Positions 9,379 to 19,440 of a stretch of 64,000 nt of DNA are shown piece by piece. The position numbers and the translations under genes are program-made. The stretch lies in the NCBI GenBank assembly GCA_963839295.1, contig CAWIUK010000002.1, positions 186,330 to 250,329 on the forward strand, written 5' to 3'. Numbering within the stretch: position 1 is the stretch's first letter; the number at the start of each line of letters is the position of its first letter. Source of the stretch: an uncultured Acidobacteriota bacterium. GTDB lineage: Bacteria; Acidobacteriota; Thermoanaerobaculia; UBA5066. Under the pieces are notes generated by a model. The model made no database searches and was not told the DNA's origin. It was given only the letters and a program-made list of their open reading frames with translations.

Positions 9379-10740
9379 ATGGCGTCACGCGTCACGGTGA
9401 TCGGCGGCGGGTTCGCGGGCGTGGAGTGCGCGCACCAGCTCCTCCGGCGCGGCCACCCGGTGACGCTCGTCGAGATGCGGCCCGTCCGGACGACGGACGC
9501 GCACGCGACGGACCGCCTCGCCGAGATGGTCTGCTCGAACTCGTTCCGGTCGGACAACCCGGCGAACGCCGTCGGACTCCTCAAGCGCGAGATGGAGAGC
9601 GTCGGCTCCCTGGTCCTCGAGGAGGCCCGGAAGGCCGCCGTTCCGGCGGGCGACGCGCTCGCGGTCGACCGGACCGTCTTCGCGGAGGCCGTCACGCGCC
9701 GCCTCGCGGGGCAGCCCCTCCTTACGGTCGTGCGGGCCGAGGCCGAGACGCTGCCCGACCCCGGAGACGGGTACGTCGTCGTCGCGACCGGCCCCCTCAC
9801 GTCGCCCGCGCTCGAGCAGGCGCTCCTCTCGGTCCTCGGGGAGAAGTACCTCTACTTCTACGACGCGATGGCGCCGATCGTCGAGGCCGCGTCGCTCGAC
9901 CTCCCGAAGCTCTACGCGCTCTCGCGCTACGGCAAGGGCGGCGGCGACGACTACCTGAACGTCCCGCTCTCGCGCGCCGAGTACGAGGCGTTCGTCGCCG
10001 CGCTTCTCGCCGGCGAGAAGGTCCCCTTCCACGACTTCGAGAAGGCCGTCTACTTCGAGGGCTGCCTGCCGGTCGAGGCGATGGCCGAGCGCGGCGTCGA
10101 GACGCTGCGGCACGGGCCGATGAAGCCGTTCGGCCTCCCCGACCCGCGCACCGGGCGCGAGCCCTACGCGGTCGTCCAGCTCCGGCAGGACGACCTCGCA
10201 AAGACGCACTTCAACCTCGTGGGCTTCCAGACGAAGCTCAAGGTCGGCGAGCAGCGGCGGATCTTCCGGATGCTGCCGGGCCTCGAGGGCGCGGAGTTCG
10301 TGCGGTACGGCATGCTCCACCGGAACACGTACGTCAACGGCCCGGCGCACCTCGACCGGCTCTTCCGCTGGCGGAAGGACCCGCGCGTCTTCTTCGCGGG
10401 CCAGCTCACGGGCGTCGAGGGCTACCTCGAGTCGGCCGCCACGGGCCTCATGGTGGGCGCGACGCTGGTGCAGCTCGCCGAAGGGCGGGAGCCCGTGCCG
10501 CTCGCGTTCTCGACGGCGCTCGGCTCGCTCGCGAGGCACGTCTCGACGCCGCGCGAGGGCGTCTTCACGCCGATGAACGTGACGTTCGGCCTCATCGACG
10601 ACGCCGACGTCGCGCCGTCGAAGGACCGCGCGAAACGGCGCGCCGAGATCGGCCGCCGCGCTCTCGAGGAGGTCGCGCGCTGGAAGGCGGACGCGCTTCC
10701 CGTGCCGTCCGTCACGGTCCCCGGCGGGTCCGGCCCCTAA
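9379..10740 (+). CDS. trmFO: Methylenetetrahydrofolate--tRNA-(uracil-5-)-methyltransferase TrmFO
   Basis: VTVIGGGFAGVECA FAD fold, EMVCSNSFRSD and FFAGQLTGVEGYLES motifs. Conserved topA-trmFO-xerC-hslVU neighbourhood. Confidence 0.93.
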   Translation: MASRVTVIGGGFAGVECAHQLLRRGHPVTLVEMRPVRTTDAHATDRLAEMVCSNSFRSDNPANAVGLLKREMESVGSLVLEEARKAAVPAGDALAVDRTVFAEAVTRRLAGQPLLTVVRAEAETLPDPGDGYVVVATGPLTSPALEQALLSVLGEKYLYFYDAMAPIVEAASLDLPKLYALSRYGKGGGDDYLNVPLSRAEYEAFVAALLAGEKVPFHDFEKAVYFEGCLPVEAMAERGVETLRHGPMKPFGLPDPRTGREPYAVVQLRQDDLAKTHFNLVGFQTKLKVGEQRRIFRMLPGLEGAEFVRYGMLHRNTYVNGPAHLDRLFRWRKDPRVFFAGQLTGVEGYLESAATGLMVGATLVQLAEGREPVPLAFSTALGSLARHVSTPREGVFTPMNVTFGLIDDADVAPSKDRAKRRAEIGRRALEEVARWKADALPVPSVTVPGGSGP

Positions 10741-10760
10741 AATCATCGCGGAGGGACTCC

Positions 10761-11093
10761 GTGAAGAAATACGCCCCCGGCTTTCTTTCCGCCGCCGCGC
10801 TCGCCGCGCTCCTCGCCGCCCCGCCTCTCGCGGCCGCCGACGCGCGGTCCGAGAACTTCCAGACATACTGCTCCGTCTGCCACGGGGACGACGGGACGGG
10901 ACAGACCGAGCAGGGCAGGAAGAAAGGCGCCCGGGACTTCACGAACGCCCGCTGGCAGGACAAGGTCGACGACGCGCGCCTCACGCGCTCGATCACGAAG
11001 GGGCACGAGAAGATGCCCTCCTTCGAGAAGAAGCTCTCGGCCGACGAGATCAAGGCGCTCGTCGCCGAGGTGCGGACGTTCGCGAAGAGATAG
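10761..11093 (+). CDS. Secreted monoheme class I c-type cytochrome
   Basis: C-terminal part of ORF 9426..11093 from GTG 10761 (GGAGGGA 4 nt upstream). Signal peptide, a single CSVCH motif, and distal GHEKMPSF. Confidence 0.75.
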   Translation: MKKYAPGFLSAAALAALLAAPPLAAADARSENFQTYCSVCHGDDGTGQTEQGRKKGARDFTNARWQDKVDDARLTRSITKGHEKMPSFEKKLSADEIKALVAEVRTFAKR

Positions 11094-12022
11094 TGCGCAG
11101 CCGCCTCGCGGATGAGCTCGCCGCGTTCGACCGCCACCTCGCGGACGAGCGCGGCGTCTCGCGGCACACGCGGGCGGCGTACGGAAGGGACCTCGGCCGG
11201 TTCGCCGCCTTCCTCTCGAAGGTGTTCTGGAACCGGCCGCTCGAGAAGATCGCGGGCAGGGACGTCGACGCGCTGGCCGTCCGGTCCTACATCGCCGCCC
11301 TCCGGGCGGACGGCCTCGCGAAAGCGTCGATCGGCCGGCACCTCTCGGCCCTGCGCACGTTCTTCGCGTTCCTCAAGCGCGAGGGGAGCGTCGAGGCGAA
11401 CCCCGCGAAGGCGATCGCGACGCCCCGGAAGGAGCAGGCCCTTCCGCGCACGCTCTCGGTCACGGAAGCCGGCGCCGTCGTCGAGGCGCGGGGCCGAGAG
11501 GGCGCGCTCGGGGCGCGCGACCGGGCGCTCCTCGAGCTCCTGTACGCGACGGGCCTGCGCGTCTCGGAGCTCGTCGGCCTGAGGCTCCAGGACGTCGACC
11601 TCTCCGCGCGGCAGGTCCGGACGGTGGGCAAGGGCCGGAAGGAAAGGATCGTCCCGTTCGGGCGCGCGGCCGCGGACGCCGTGAAGACGTGGCTCAGGGC
11701 GAGGGCCGCCCTCGCGCCGACCGCCCGGGACGCGGATTTCCTTTTCCTGAACGCGCACGCGGGGCGGCTGACCGATCGCAGCGTCCGGCGCATCCTCGAC
11801 CGGGCCATGCTCGGGGCGGACGTCTCGCGCCACGCCTCCCCGCACGCGCTCCGGCACTCCTTCGCGACGCACCTCCTCGCGGCCGGCGCCGACCTGCGCT
11901 CGATCCAGGAGCTCCTCGGCCACGCGTCACTCTCGACGACGCAGCGGTACACGCACCTCGACGCCGAGCGGCTCCTCGAGGTCTACCGCAAGAGCCACCC
12001 GAAGGCCGAAGAGCGGGACTGA
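11093..12022 (+). CDS. xerC: Tyrosine recombinase XerC
   Basis: N-terminal SAM-like domain. ATGLRVSELVGL, HALRHSFATHLL and LGHASLSTTQRYTH catalytic motifs. Sits upstream of hslVU. Confidence 0.9.
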   Translation: MRSRLADELAAFDRHLADERGVSRHTRAAYGRDLGRFAAFLSKVFWNRPLEKIAGRDVDALAVRSYIAALRADGLAKASIGRHLSALRTFFAFLKREGSVEANPAKAIATPRKEQALPRTLSVTEAGAVVEARGREGALGARDRALLELLYATGLRVSELVGLRLQDVDLSARQVRTVGKGRKERIVPFGRAAADAVKTWLRARAALAPTARDADFLFLNAHAGRLTDRSVRRILDRAMLGADVSRHASPHALRHSFATHLLAAGADLRSIQELLGHASLSTTQRYTHLDAERLLEVYRKSHPKAEERD

Positions 12023-12048
12023 GTCCGTCCCGGCGCTAGACTCCCCGC

Positions 12049-12591
12049 GTGGCGCATCCGGCTTTCCACCACACGACGATCCTCTGCGTGAGACGCGGCT
12101 CCTCCGTCGCGCTCGGCGGCGACGGGCAGGTCACGATGGGGACGACCGTCGTGAAGCACGGCGCCTCGAAGGTCAGGCGCCTCCTCGACGGGAAGGTCCT
12201 CGCGGGCTTCGCGGGGTCCACGGCCGACGCCGTGACGCTCTTCACGCGCTTCGAGAAGAAGCTCGAGGAGTTCCACGGCCAGCTCGAGCGCGCGGCCGTG
12301 GAGCTCGCGACGGACTGGCGGACGGAGAAGACGCTCCGGCAGCTGGAGGCGCTCCTCGTCGTCGCGGACGCGAAGGTCTCGCTCCTGCTCTCGGGCACCG
12401 GCGACGTCATCGCGCCCGACGAGGGCGTCCTCGCCGTGGGCTCGGGCGGTCCGTACGCGGCGGCGGCGGCGAAGGCGCTCCTCCGCCACTCGTCGCTCGA
12501 CGCCGCCGCGATCGTGAAGGAGTCCCTCGCGATCGCCTCGACGATCGACATCTACACGAACGACACGATCAAGGTCGAGACGCTGCCGTGA
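12049..12591 (+). CDS. hslV: ATP-dependent protease subunit HslV
   Basis: [21 protein letters not shown] and the GSGGPYA motif. GTG start gives an 8-residue extension before the Thr-Thr. Confidence 0.93.
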   Translation: MAHPAFHHTTILCVRRGSSVALGGDGQVTMGTTVVKHGASKVRRLLDGKVLAGFAGSTADAVTLFTRFEKKLEEFHGQLERAAVELATDWRTEKTLRQLEALLVVADAKVSLLLSGTGDVIAPDEGVLAVGSGGPYAAAAAKALLRHSSLDAAAIVKESLAIASTIDIYTNDTIKVETLP

Positions 12592-13934
12592 CTCCCCTCA
12601 CGCTGCGCGACCTGTCGCCGCGCAAGATCGTGGCCGAGCTGGACCGTCACGTCGTCGGCCAGGCGAAGGCGAAGCGCTCCGTCGCGATCGCGCTGCGGGA
12701 CCGCTGGCGCCGCCAGCGCCTCCCTCTCGACCTCGCCCGCGACACGACGCCGAAGAACATCCTGATGATCGGGCCGACGGGCGTCGGCAAGACCGAGATC
12801 GCGCGGCGCCTCGCGCGCCTCGTGGACGCCCCGTTCGTGAAGGTCGAGGCCTCGAAGTTCACCGAGGTGGGCTACGTCGGGCGGGACGTCGACTCGATCG
12901 CGCGCGACCTCGTCGACGCCGCGATCCGGCTCGTGAAGGAGGAGCGCCGCGCGCGCGTCGCGGACCGGGCGGCGGCCGCCGCCGAGGAGCGCCTCGTCGA
13001 CCTCCTCGTGACCGCTCTCGCGACGGACGCCGCCGGGAAGGCCGTCCTCGCGGACGGGCGGGACCGGGTCCGGCGCGACCTGCGCGAAGGCAAGCACGAG
13101 GCGCGGGAGGTCGAGCTCGAGATCGCCGACGACCGGACGCCGCAGATCTCCGTCATGGGCCCGCAGGGAATGGAGGAGATGGGGATCGACATCCCCGGCA
13201 TGCTCCCGGGCCTGTTCGGGGGGCCGAAGAAGAAGAAGGTCCGCGTGCCGGTCTCCGAGGCGCGGCCGCTCCTCCTCGAGCGCGAGGCGGACGCCCTCAC
13301 GGACGAGGCGACGCTGGCGCAGGAAGCGATCCGCAGGGCCGAGGAGACGGGCATCGTGTTCCTCGACGAGATCGACAAGATCGCCGGGCGCGAGGGCGCG
13401 CGCGGCGGGCCGGACGTCTCGCGCGAGGGCGTCCAGCGCGACCTCCTGCCGCTCGTCGAGGGGACGACGGTCAAGACGAAGCACGGGATGGTCCGGACGG
13501 ATCACGTCCTCTTCGTCGCGGCGGGCGCGTTCCACGTCGCGAAGCCGTCCGACCTGATCCCGGAGCTGCAGGGCCGCTTCCCGATCCGCGTCTCGCTCGA
13601 CGCGCTCAGCGAGGAGGACTTCCTCCGGATCCTCACGGAGCCCGAGCACGCGCTGCCGAAGCAGTCCGCCGCCCTTCTCGGGGCGGACGGGATCACGCTG
13701 GAGTTCGCCGACGACGGCCTCCGCGAGATCGCCCGCGCCGCCGCCGAGGTGAACCGCAACCTCGAGAACATCGGCGCGCGCCGCCTCCACACGATCCTCG
13801 AGACGGTCCTCGAGGAGATCTCCTTCGCGGGCCCCGACGCGGCCGGGGCGCGCGTCGTCGTCGACAAGGCGTACGTCGAACGCGCGCTCGAGGGCCTCGT
13901 CCGCGACCGCGACCTGTCGCGCTTCGTGCTGTAG
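12588..13934 (+). CDS. hslU: ATP-dependent protease ATPase subunit HslU
   Basis: [30 protein letters not shown] Walker A and [10 protein letters not shown] Walker B. GTGA overlap with hslV. Confidence 0.96.
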   Translation: MTPLTLRDLSPRKIVAELDRHVVGQAKAKRSVAIALRDRWRRQRLPLDLARDTTPKNILMIGPTGVGKTEIARRLARLVDAPFVKVEASKFTEVGYVGRDVDSIARDLVDAAIRLVKEERRARVADRAAAAAEERLVDLLVTALATDAAGKAVLADGRDRVRRDLREGKHEAREVELEIADDRTPQISVMGPQGMEEMGIDIPGMLPGLFGGPKKKKVRVPVSEARPLLLEREADALTDEATLAQEAIRRAEETGIVFLDEIDKIAGREGARGGPDVSREGVQRDLLPLVEGTTVKTKHGMVRTDHVLFVAAGAFHVAKPSDLIPELQGRFPIRVSLDALSEEDFLRILTEPEHALPKQSAALLGADGITLEFADDGLREIARAAAEVNRNLENIGARRLHTILETVLEEISFAGPDAAGARVVVDKAYVERALEGLVRDRDLSRFVL

Positions 13935-13971
13935 CCGGAAGAGAAGATTGAAGAGAGAGAGATTTCTTCGA

Positions 13972-15144
13972 ATGGTTGGGAGGAGAGGAGCGCGGGGGGA
14001 GACCGGTGCCTCGACGGGCGTGGAGGCTCGCCACGCGCATCGCGCGCCTCGACCCGGCCCCTCGTTCAAAGAAATCTTCTCTTCTCTCGCTCTTCTTCTT
14101 TTTCTCTCGGCCTGTGGCCGCAAGCTCCCGCCCGTCGCGCCGCTCCTCGTCCTCCCGGCGCGCGTCGACCCCATCCGGATCAGCCAGGAGGGCTCCGACA
14201 TCGTCCTGCGCTTCCCGTACCCGTCGCTCACGAACGCGGGGGCGACGCTCACGAACCTCACGAAGGTCACCGTGATGCGGGAGATCGCGGGCGCGCGCGA
14301 GGGGCAGCGCGTCCCGCCGCCGCCGGCCGACGCCGGGGCGCGCGGGCGCGACGAGAAGGCGTTCAAGGCGCGCGCCGAGACCATCGCCACGCTCGCCCCG
14401 GCGGACCTCGACGCGGTGACCGCCGGGCCCGATGTCGTTTTCCGCGACGACCTCGTCCCGCTCTACCGGGAGAAGCGGGTCGGGCGCGTGATGCTCCGGT
14501 ACGCCGTGACGGCGACGCGGGACAAGAAGCGCGTCTCGGACCTGTCCGAGATCGTGTCGATCATCCCGCGCGTGCCGCCCGACCGGCCCCTCCGGATCAT
14601 CGCGACCGTCGAGGAGAGCCGCGTGTGTCTCGACTGGCTCGCCCCCGCCGCGATGCTGGACGGCGCGACGCCCGCGGTCGTCGCGGGCTACGCGATCTAC
14701 CGGCGCGAGGCGTCGGACGAGGAGTACGACGACAAGCCCCTCGGCGTCGCGATCGGCGTGGCCACGTACGTGGACGAAAGCGTCCGCGCGGACCGGTCCT
14801 ACGTCTACACCGTCCGGGCGGCGCCGGTCGCGGACGTCCCGCTCATCCTCGGCCCTGCGGCGGACCAGGTCGCCGTGTCGACGAAAGACGTCTTCCCTCC
14901 GCCGGCGCCCGAAGGCCTCCTCGCCCTCGTCGAGTCGGGCGGGACGCGGCTGGTCTGGAACCCGTCGCTCGCGCCGGACATCGCGTTCTACCGGGTCTAC
15001 CGGCTGGACGGGGGGGCGAGCACGCGGATCGCGGACGGCCTGAAAGACCCGATCTATTTCGACGCGGGGGCCGCGGGACGCGCGTACGGCGTCACGGCCG
15101 TCGACCGCTCGGGCAACGAGAGCCCGATGGGGACGGCGAAGTGA
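13972..15144 (+). CDS. Lipoprotein with fibronectin-III-like repeats (start uncertain: TTG 13948, ATG 13972 or GTG 14020)
   Basis: LLLFLSAC lipobox. Repeated beta-rich segments (LDWLAP..YAIYRRE, LVWNPS..YRVYRLD). Codon usage upstream of 14020 looks non-coding. Confidence 0.6.
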   Translation: MVGRRGARGETGASTGVEARHAHRAPRPGPSFKEIFSSLALLLFLSACGRKLPPVAPLLVLPARVDPIRISQEGSDIVLRFPYPSLTNAGATLTNLTKVTVMREIAGAREGQRVPPPPADAGARGRDEKAFKARAETIATLAPADLDAVTAGPDVVFRDDLVPLYREKRVGRVMLRYAVTATRDKKRVSDLSEIVSIIPRVPPDRPLRIIATVEESRVCLDWLAPAAMLDGATPAVVAGYAIYRREASDEEYDDKPLGVAIGVATYVDESVRADRSYVYTVRAAPVADVPLILGPAADQVAVSTKDVFPPPAPEGLLALVESGGTRLVWNPSLAPDIAFYRVYRLDGGASTRIADGLKDPIYFDAGAAGRAYGVTAVDRSGNESPMGTAK

Positions 15145-16028
15145 CCGGGTCCCCGCTCGGCGCCCTCCCGCCCCGCTTCACGAAGATGAGCGGGGCCGGA
15201 AACGACTTCCTGGTGTGGGAGGCCGCGGTCGCGGTGGGCGCGGCGGAGATCGCCGCGATCCGGCTGCTCTGCCGCCGCGGCACGGGTGTCGGCGCCGACG
15301 GCGTCCTCTTCGTGCGGCGGGCCGGCGCCGGCCGCGTCGCCGTCGACTACCGCAATGCGGACGGGTCCGTGGGCCGCTTCTGCGGGAACGGGACGCGCTG
15401 CGCGGCGCGATTCGCGGTCCTGAGAGGGCTCGCCCCGGACGCCATGACGGTCTCGACGGGATGGGGCGACGTCCGCGCGCGCGTCGAGGGCGCGTCGGTC
15501 ACGCTCACCCTCCCGGAGCCGGTCGCCGTCGGACGCGCCGTCTCCTCGCTCGACGCGACGGGGACGTTGCAGCCCGAGGCCGTCGCCGTCGCCGTCGGCG
15601 TGCCGCACGTCGTCGCCTTCGTCGCGGCCGGCGTGGACCTCGCGACGCTCGACCTCGCGCGCTTCGGGCCCGCGCTCCGCCGCCACCCCGACATGCGCGA
15701 GGGCGCGAACGCGAACCTCGTCGAGTTCCTCGGGCCCTCGCGCCTCCTGGTGAGGACGTGGGAGCGCGGCGTCGAGGCCGAGACGCTCGCGTGCGGCTCG
15801 GGCGTCGTCGCGTCGGCCGTGGCCGCCTGCGCCCTCGGCCGCGCGCGCGCCCCGGTCGCCCTCGAGACGCGCTCGGGCGAGACGCTCACGGTCGGTTTCC
15901 GGTTCGCGGGCGAGGTCGCCCGGGACGTGACCCTCTCGGGCGACGCGCGCGTCGTCTACGAGGGGACGCTGGACCCGGAGGAGTGGGGGCCGCCGCGGGA
16001 ATCCCGGGGGTCAGCCAGCCCCGCCTGA
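15141..16028 (+). CDS. dapF: Diaminopimelate epimerase
   Basis: FTKMSGAGNDF, FCGNGTRCAARF and ACGSGVVASA (the two catalytic Cys motifs). GTGA overlap with the upstream stop. Confidence 0.9.
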   Translation: MTGSPLGALPPRFTKMSGAGNDFLVWEAAVAVGAAEIAAIRLLCRRGTGVGADGVLFVRRAGAGRVAVDYRNADGSVGRFCGNGTRCAARFAVLRGLAPDAMTVSTGWGDVRARVEGASVTLTLPEPVAVGRAVSSLDATGTLQPEAVAVAVGVPHVVAFVAAGVDLATLDLARFGPALRRHPDMREGANANLVEFLGPSRLLVRTWERGVEAETLACGSGVVASAVAACALGRARAPVALETRSGETLTVGFRFAGEVARDVTLSGDARVVYEGTLDPEEWGPPRESRGSASPA

Positions 16029-17527
16029 CCCGTCGAACGGAGCGCGGCGAGCAGCTTCCACGGGAACCCGCCGAACGAGCCGGACGACATCGAAAGGACG
16101 ACGTCGCCTTCCCGGAGCGCCGGGACGAGCGCCGCGAGGAGGGCCTCGGGGGTGTCCGCGGTGAACGCGGGGATTCCCGCCGCGGCGAGACGCGCGACGA
16201 GCGCATGCGCGTCGAGCGCCCCCGGCCCGCCGGGCTGCGCGAGGCGGGCGGCGTGGAACGGCGCCGCGAGGGCGACGGCACCCGCCCCGGCGAGCGCCTC
16301 CGCGTAGGCCTCGAAGAAGTCCGCGCGGCCCGCCGTCATGGAGCGCGGCTCGAACGCCGCCCAGACCCGGCGGCCCGGGAAGCGGCGCTTCGCTCCCGCG
16401 ATCGTCGACGCGACGGCGGTCGGGTGGTGGGCGAAGTCGTCCACGACGGTGACGGACGCTTCGGTCCCCAGGGTCTCCATGCGGCGCTTCACGCCGCGGA
16501 AGGAGGCGAGGCCGCCCGCGAGCTGGTCCGGCTTGAGGCCGAAGCCGAGCGCGACGCCGAACGCCGCGAGCACGTTCGAGACGTTGTGGCGGCCCGCGAG
16601 CGGCGACAGGACGGAGTACGGCTCCTGTCCGGAGCGGTGCACGGTGAAGCGTGTGCCTCCTTCGCCTTCCGCCACCTCCGTGGCGAGAAGATCCACGTCG
16701 GGCGCGCCTGCGGGCCGCGGCGCGACGCCGTAGAGCAGGACGCGGGCGCGGGCGGCGCCGAGGACGTCGCGGACGTTCGCGTCGTCTCCGTTCGCGACGA
16801 TCGTCCCCCCCTCGGGCGCGAGCGCGGCGCCGGCGCGGAAGGCGGCCTTCACGGCGGCGAGGTCGGCGTAGAGGTCCGCGTGGTCGAACTCGACCGACGT
16901 CAGGACGAACGTCCGCGGCGCGTAATGGAGGAACTTCGGCCCCTTGTCGGCGTAGGAAGTCGAGTATTCGTCGCCTTCGACGACGAACGGGATCCCGCCG
17001 CCGAGCGCCGCGGGGCCCGGGAAGTTCGCGGGCTCGCCGCCGACGAGGTAGCCCGGGTCGCGGCCCGCCGCCGCGAGGAGCCACGCCGTGAGCGCGGTCG
17101 TCGTCGTCTTTCCGTGCGTCCCTGCGACCACGACGGGGTGCCGGCCCGCGAGGATCTCGTCGTGAAGCGTCTCGGGCATCGACCGCACGCGGAGGCCCCG
17201 GCGGAGCGCCTCGAGGACCTCGGGGTTGTCCCTGCGGGCGAGGTTGCCCGCGACGACCTCGGTGACGTCGCCGGCGACGTTCCCGGCGGAGTACGCGGGC
17301 AGGACCGCGATGCCGAGGGCGGCGAGACGGTCGGACATCGGCGGGTAGAGCGGACCGTCGGAACCCGTGACGCGCTCGCCGCGAGCGAGGAGCAGTGCGG
17401 CCAGGGGCGTCATCGCAGTCCCACCCACGGCGACGAGGTGGAACGTGCGAGGAGCGGCGGGCACCGGGCGCGCAGTTTGCAAGACGGCCTCCGTGCCGTC
17501 AAACGGCGCCTCGGTGGCGCGTTCCAT
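15956..17527 (-). CDS. mpl: UDP-N-acetylmuramate:L-Ala-gamma-D-Glu-meso-DAP ligase (murein peptide ligase)
   Basis: ORF 15956..17851 trimmed to ATG 17527. VGGTAMTPLAALL..GSDGPLYPPMS (Mpl signature), AGTHGKTTTTAL P-loop and DDFAHHPTA. Confidence 0.85.
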   Translation of the reverse strand: MERATEAPFDGTEAVLQTARPVPAAPRTFHLVAVGGTAMTPLAALLLARGERVTGSDGPLYPPMSDRLAALGIAVLPAYSAGNVAGDVTEVVAGNLARRDNPEVLEALRRGLRVRSMPETLHDEILAGRHPVVVAGTHGKTTTTALTAWLLAAAGRDPGYLVGGEPANFPGPAALGGGIPFVVEGDEYSTSYADKGPKFLHYAPRTFVLTSVEFDHADLYADLAAVKAAFRAGAALAPEGGTIVANGDDANVRDVLGAARARVLLYGVAPRPAGAPDVDLLATEVAEGEGGTRFTVHRSGQEPYSVLSPLAGRHNVSNVLAAFGVALGFGLKPDQLAGGLASFRGVKRRMETLGTEASVTVVDDFAHHPTAVASTIAGAKRRFPGRRVWAAFEPRSMTAGRADFFEAYAEALAGAGAVALAAPFHAARLAQPGGPGALDAHALVARLAAAGIPAFTADTPEALLAALVPALREGDVVLSMSSGSFGGFPWKLLAALRSTGQAGLADPRDSRGGPHSSGSSVPS

Positions 17528-17629
17528 CGGCCTGCCCGGCAGGTCCCACGTATACTCGCCGGGCGCGAATTGAGAGTTTTTCAGGGGGTCCGGCGCCGCC
17601 GCCCCCGTTTCCGAAGGAGGCTCCCGGAC

Positions 17630-18676
17630 ATGATCTCTCCCCGTCGCTCCAGAATCGTCTCCGCGCTCGCGGTGGCCGCGTTCGCGATCTCGGTGCTGCC
17701 GTCCCCCCTCGCCGCGCAGGCGAAGGCCGGGGAACCGTCGGGCCCCAAGCTCGTGATCGTCGAGGACAAGAAGGACGTCGGCCAGGTCGCCAAGGGCGAG
17801 CCGATCAAGCACGTGTTCGTCCTCAAGAACACGGGCAACGCCGACCTCCACATCACGGACGTCAAGCCGTCCTGCGGCTGCACGGTCCCCGAGTTCGACA
17901 AGGTCATCAAGCCCGGTGGCGAGGGGAAGGTGACCCTCACCGTCGACACGAAGAACTTCTCGGGCCCGATCTCGAAGACCGCGCTCCTCATCACGGACGA
18001 CCCGACGGTGCCGCAGAAGACGCTCTTCCTCTCGGCCGTCGTCAAGCCGTTCGTCGACGCGCTCCCCTACGGCTTCTTCCGGATCACGGCACTCTCGGGC
18101 GAGGCCTCGTCCGCGGAGGTCATCCTCGTGTCCGACGAGCCGGACTTCAAGCCGACGAAGGCGGAGGCTCCGAACTCCTTCCTGCGCGTCGCGCTCGCGC
18201 CCGTGCCCGAGAAGGAGCTCGTGAAGGACCGCGGCCCGAACCAGTGGAAGGTGACCGTCACGACGGCCCCCGACGCGCCCGAGGGCCTGCTCGGCGGCAC
18301 CGTGAAGATCGCGACCGGCGCCAAGAAGCAGCCCGAGGTCGAGCTCCAGGTCACCGGGTTCATCAAGCCGACGGTGTCCGTGACGCCGCTGTCGATCAAC
18401 TTCGGGAACTTCGACCCGAAGGGCGACCCGCAGAAGCGGAACGTGATGCTCGTGAACAACAACGCGGCCGTCGAGAACTTCTCGGTCACGAAGGTCGAGA
18501 CGAGCGTCCCCGGCATCACGGCCGAGGTCGTGCCGGTCGACAAGTCGCGCGTCCAGGTCGTCCTCACGGTCGACCAGAAGATCAAGAAGGGCGTGTTCGA
18601 GGGCGACCTCACGATCAAGACGAGCGACAAGGCGAAGGCCGAGGTCAAGGTCCCGATCAAGGGCGTCATCCTCTAG
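17630..18676 (+). CDS. Secreted DUF1573-like (PapD/ASH-like beta-sandwich) protein
   Basis: C-terminal part of ORF 15215..18676 from ATG 17630 (GAAGGAGG upstream). Signal peptide, then FVLKNTGNADLHITDVKPSCGCT. Confidence 0.75.
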   Translation: MISPRRSRIVSALAVAAFAISVLPSPLAAQAKAGEPSGPKLVIVEDKKDVGQVAKGEPIKHVFVLKNTGNADLHITDVKPSCGCTVPEFDKVIKPGGEGKVTLTVDTKNFSGPISKTALLITDDPTVPQKTLFLSAVVKPFVDALPYGFFRITALSGEASSAEVILVSDEPDFKPTKAEAPNSFLRVALAPVPEKELVKDRGPNQWKVTVTTAPDAPEGLLGGTVKIATGAKKQPEVELQVTGFIKPTVSVTPLSINFGNFDPKGDPQKRNVMLVNNNAAVENFSVTKVETSVPGITAEVVPVDKSRVQVVLTVDQKIKKGVFEGDLTIKTSDKAKAEVKVPIKGVIL

Positions 18677-18701
18677 GGATCCCGGCTGCCGCGGAAGACG
18701 A

Positions 18702-18725
18702 GGGGGCGCTTCGGCGCCCCCTTTT
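18702..18725. terminator. Rho-independent terminator shared by convergent genes
   Basis: GGGGGCGC-TTCG-GCGCCCCC followed by TTTT. Lies between stop 18676 (+) and stop 18725 (-). Confidence 0.7.
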
Positions 18726-19399
18726 CATTTCTTCCGGCGCGGGGCCGACGTCGGCTGCGGCGAGGTCGGGACGTCGTGCAGCGGCGGGTACGGGAGGACG
18801 GCCGCCTCTTCGGCGATCGCCTTGAAGAGATTCAGGGCCGTGAGGCGCCGCGCGCGGCGCCGGGGTATGTACGTGGGCGACAGGAGAGCGGAGAACGGCG
18901 AGTCGGCGTCGTAGTGCGAGGCCAACGACAGGTCGGTCGTCCCGTCCGGGCGCCCGTCGACGAAGAACGAGAGCGTCAGGCGCTCGACCTTCGCGTCGAG
19001 AAGGTCCGCGTCGTCCGACTTCAGCAGGAAGGCGAGGACCTCGCCGGGCTGGAGCGCGATCACGGCGAGGTCGATCCTCCGGGGCCCGTCGGCCGTCGTC
19101 GCGTCGATCGTGAGGACGTCGCCCTTGGACGCCGTCGGGCCCTTGCCGTAGGACGCGCGCCGGGGCACGACGCCGGGAATGCCCGCGAGAAGCCAGGTGC
19201 TCACCGTCTCGGGCCCCACCAGGAGGCGCCAGACGACGGCCTTGGGCGCGGTGATCGAGACGCACTCGGCCCCCTGGAACGTGGCGATGGGCGTCTCCGT
19301 GTAGCTCCTCAGCCGCGTCGTCAGCGGGTCGGGTTGCTGCGCGGCTCCGCCCTGCGCCGCGAGGGCGGCGAGGGCGAGCATCGCGAGGAAGCGCTTCAT
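18725..19399 (-). CDS. Secreted protein of unknown function
   Basis: MKRFLAMLALAALAAQGGAAQ signal peptide. Coding-like codon usage. No family recognised. Confidence 0.6.
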   Translation of the reverse strand: MKRFLAMLALAALAAQGGAAQQPDPLTTRLRSYTETPIATFQGAECVSITAPKAVVWRLLVGPETVSTWLLAGIPGVVPRRASYGKGPTASKGDVLTIDATTADGPRRIDLAVIALQPGEVLAFLLKSDDADLLDAKVERLTLSFFVDGRPDGTTDLSLASHYDADSPFSALLSPTYIPRRRARRLTALNLFKAIAEEAAVLPYPPLHDVPTSPQPTSAPRRKK

Positions 19400-19440
19400 C
19401 CGTTCAGCATAACGGGAAATCCGGCGTCTACAATTCCCGG

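Noticed and set aside
11093-12022. Tyrosine recombinase as a marker of an integrated mobile element
   Set aside because: It sits in the conserved trmFO-xerC-hslVU housekeeping context. There are no flanking att-like repeats, phage genes or transposase genes.
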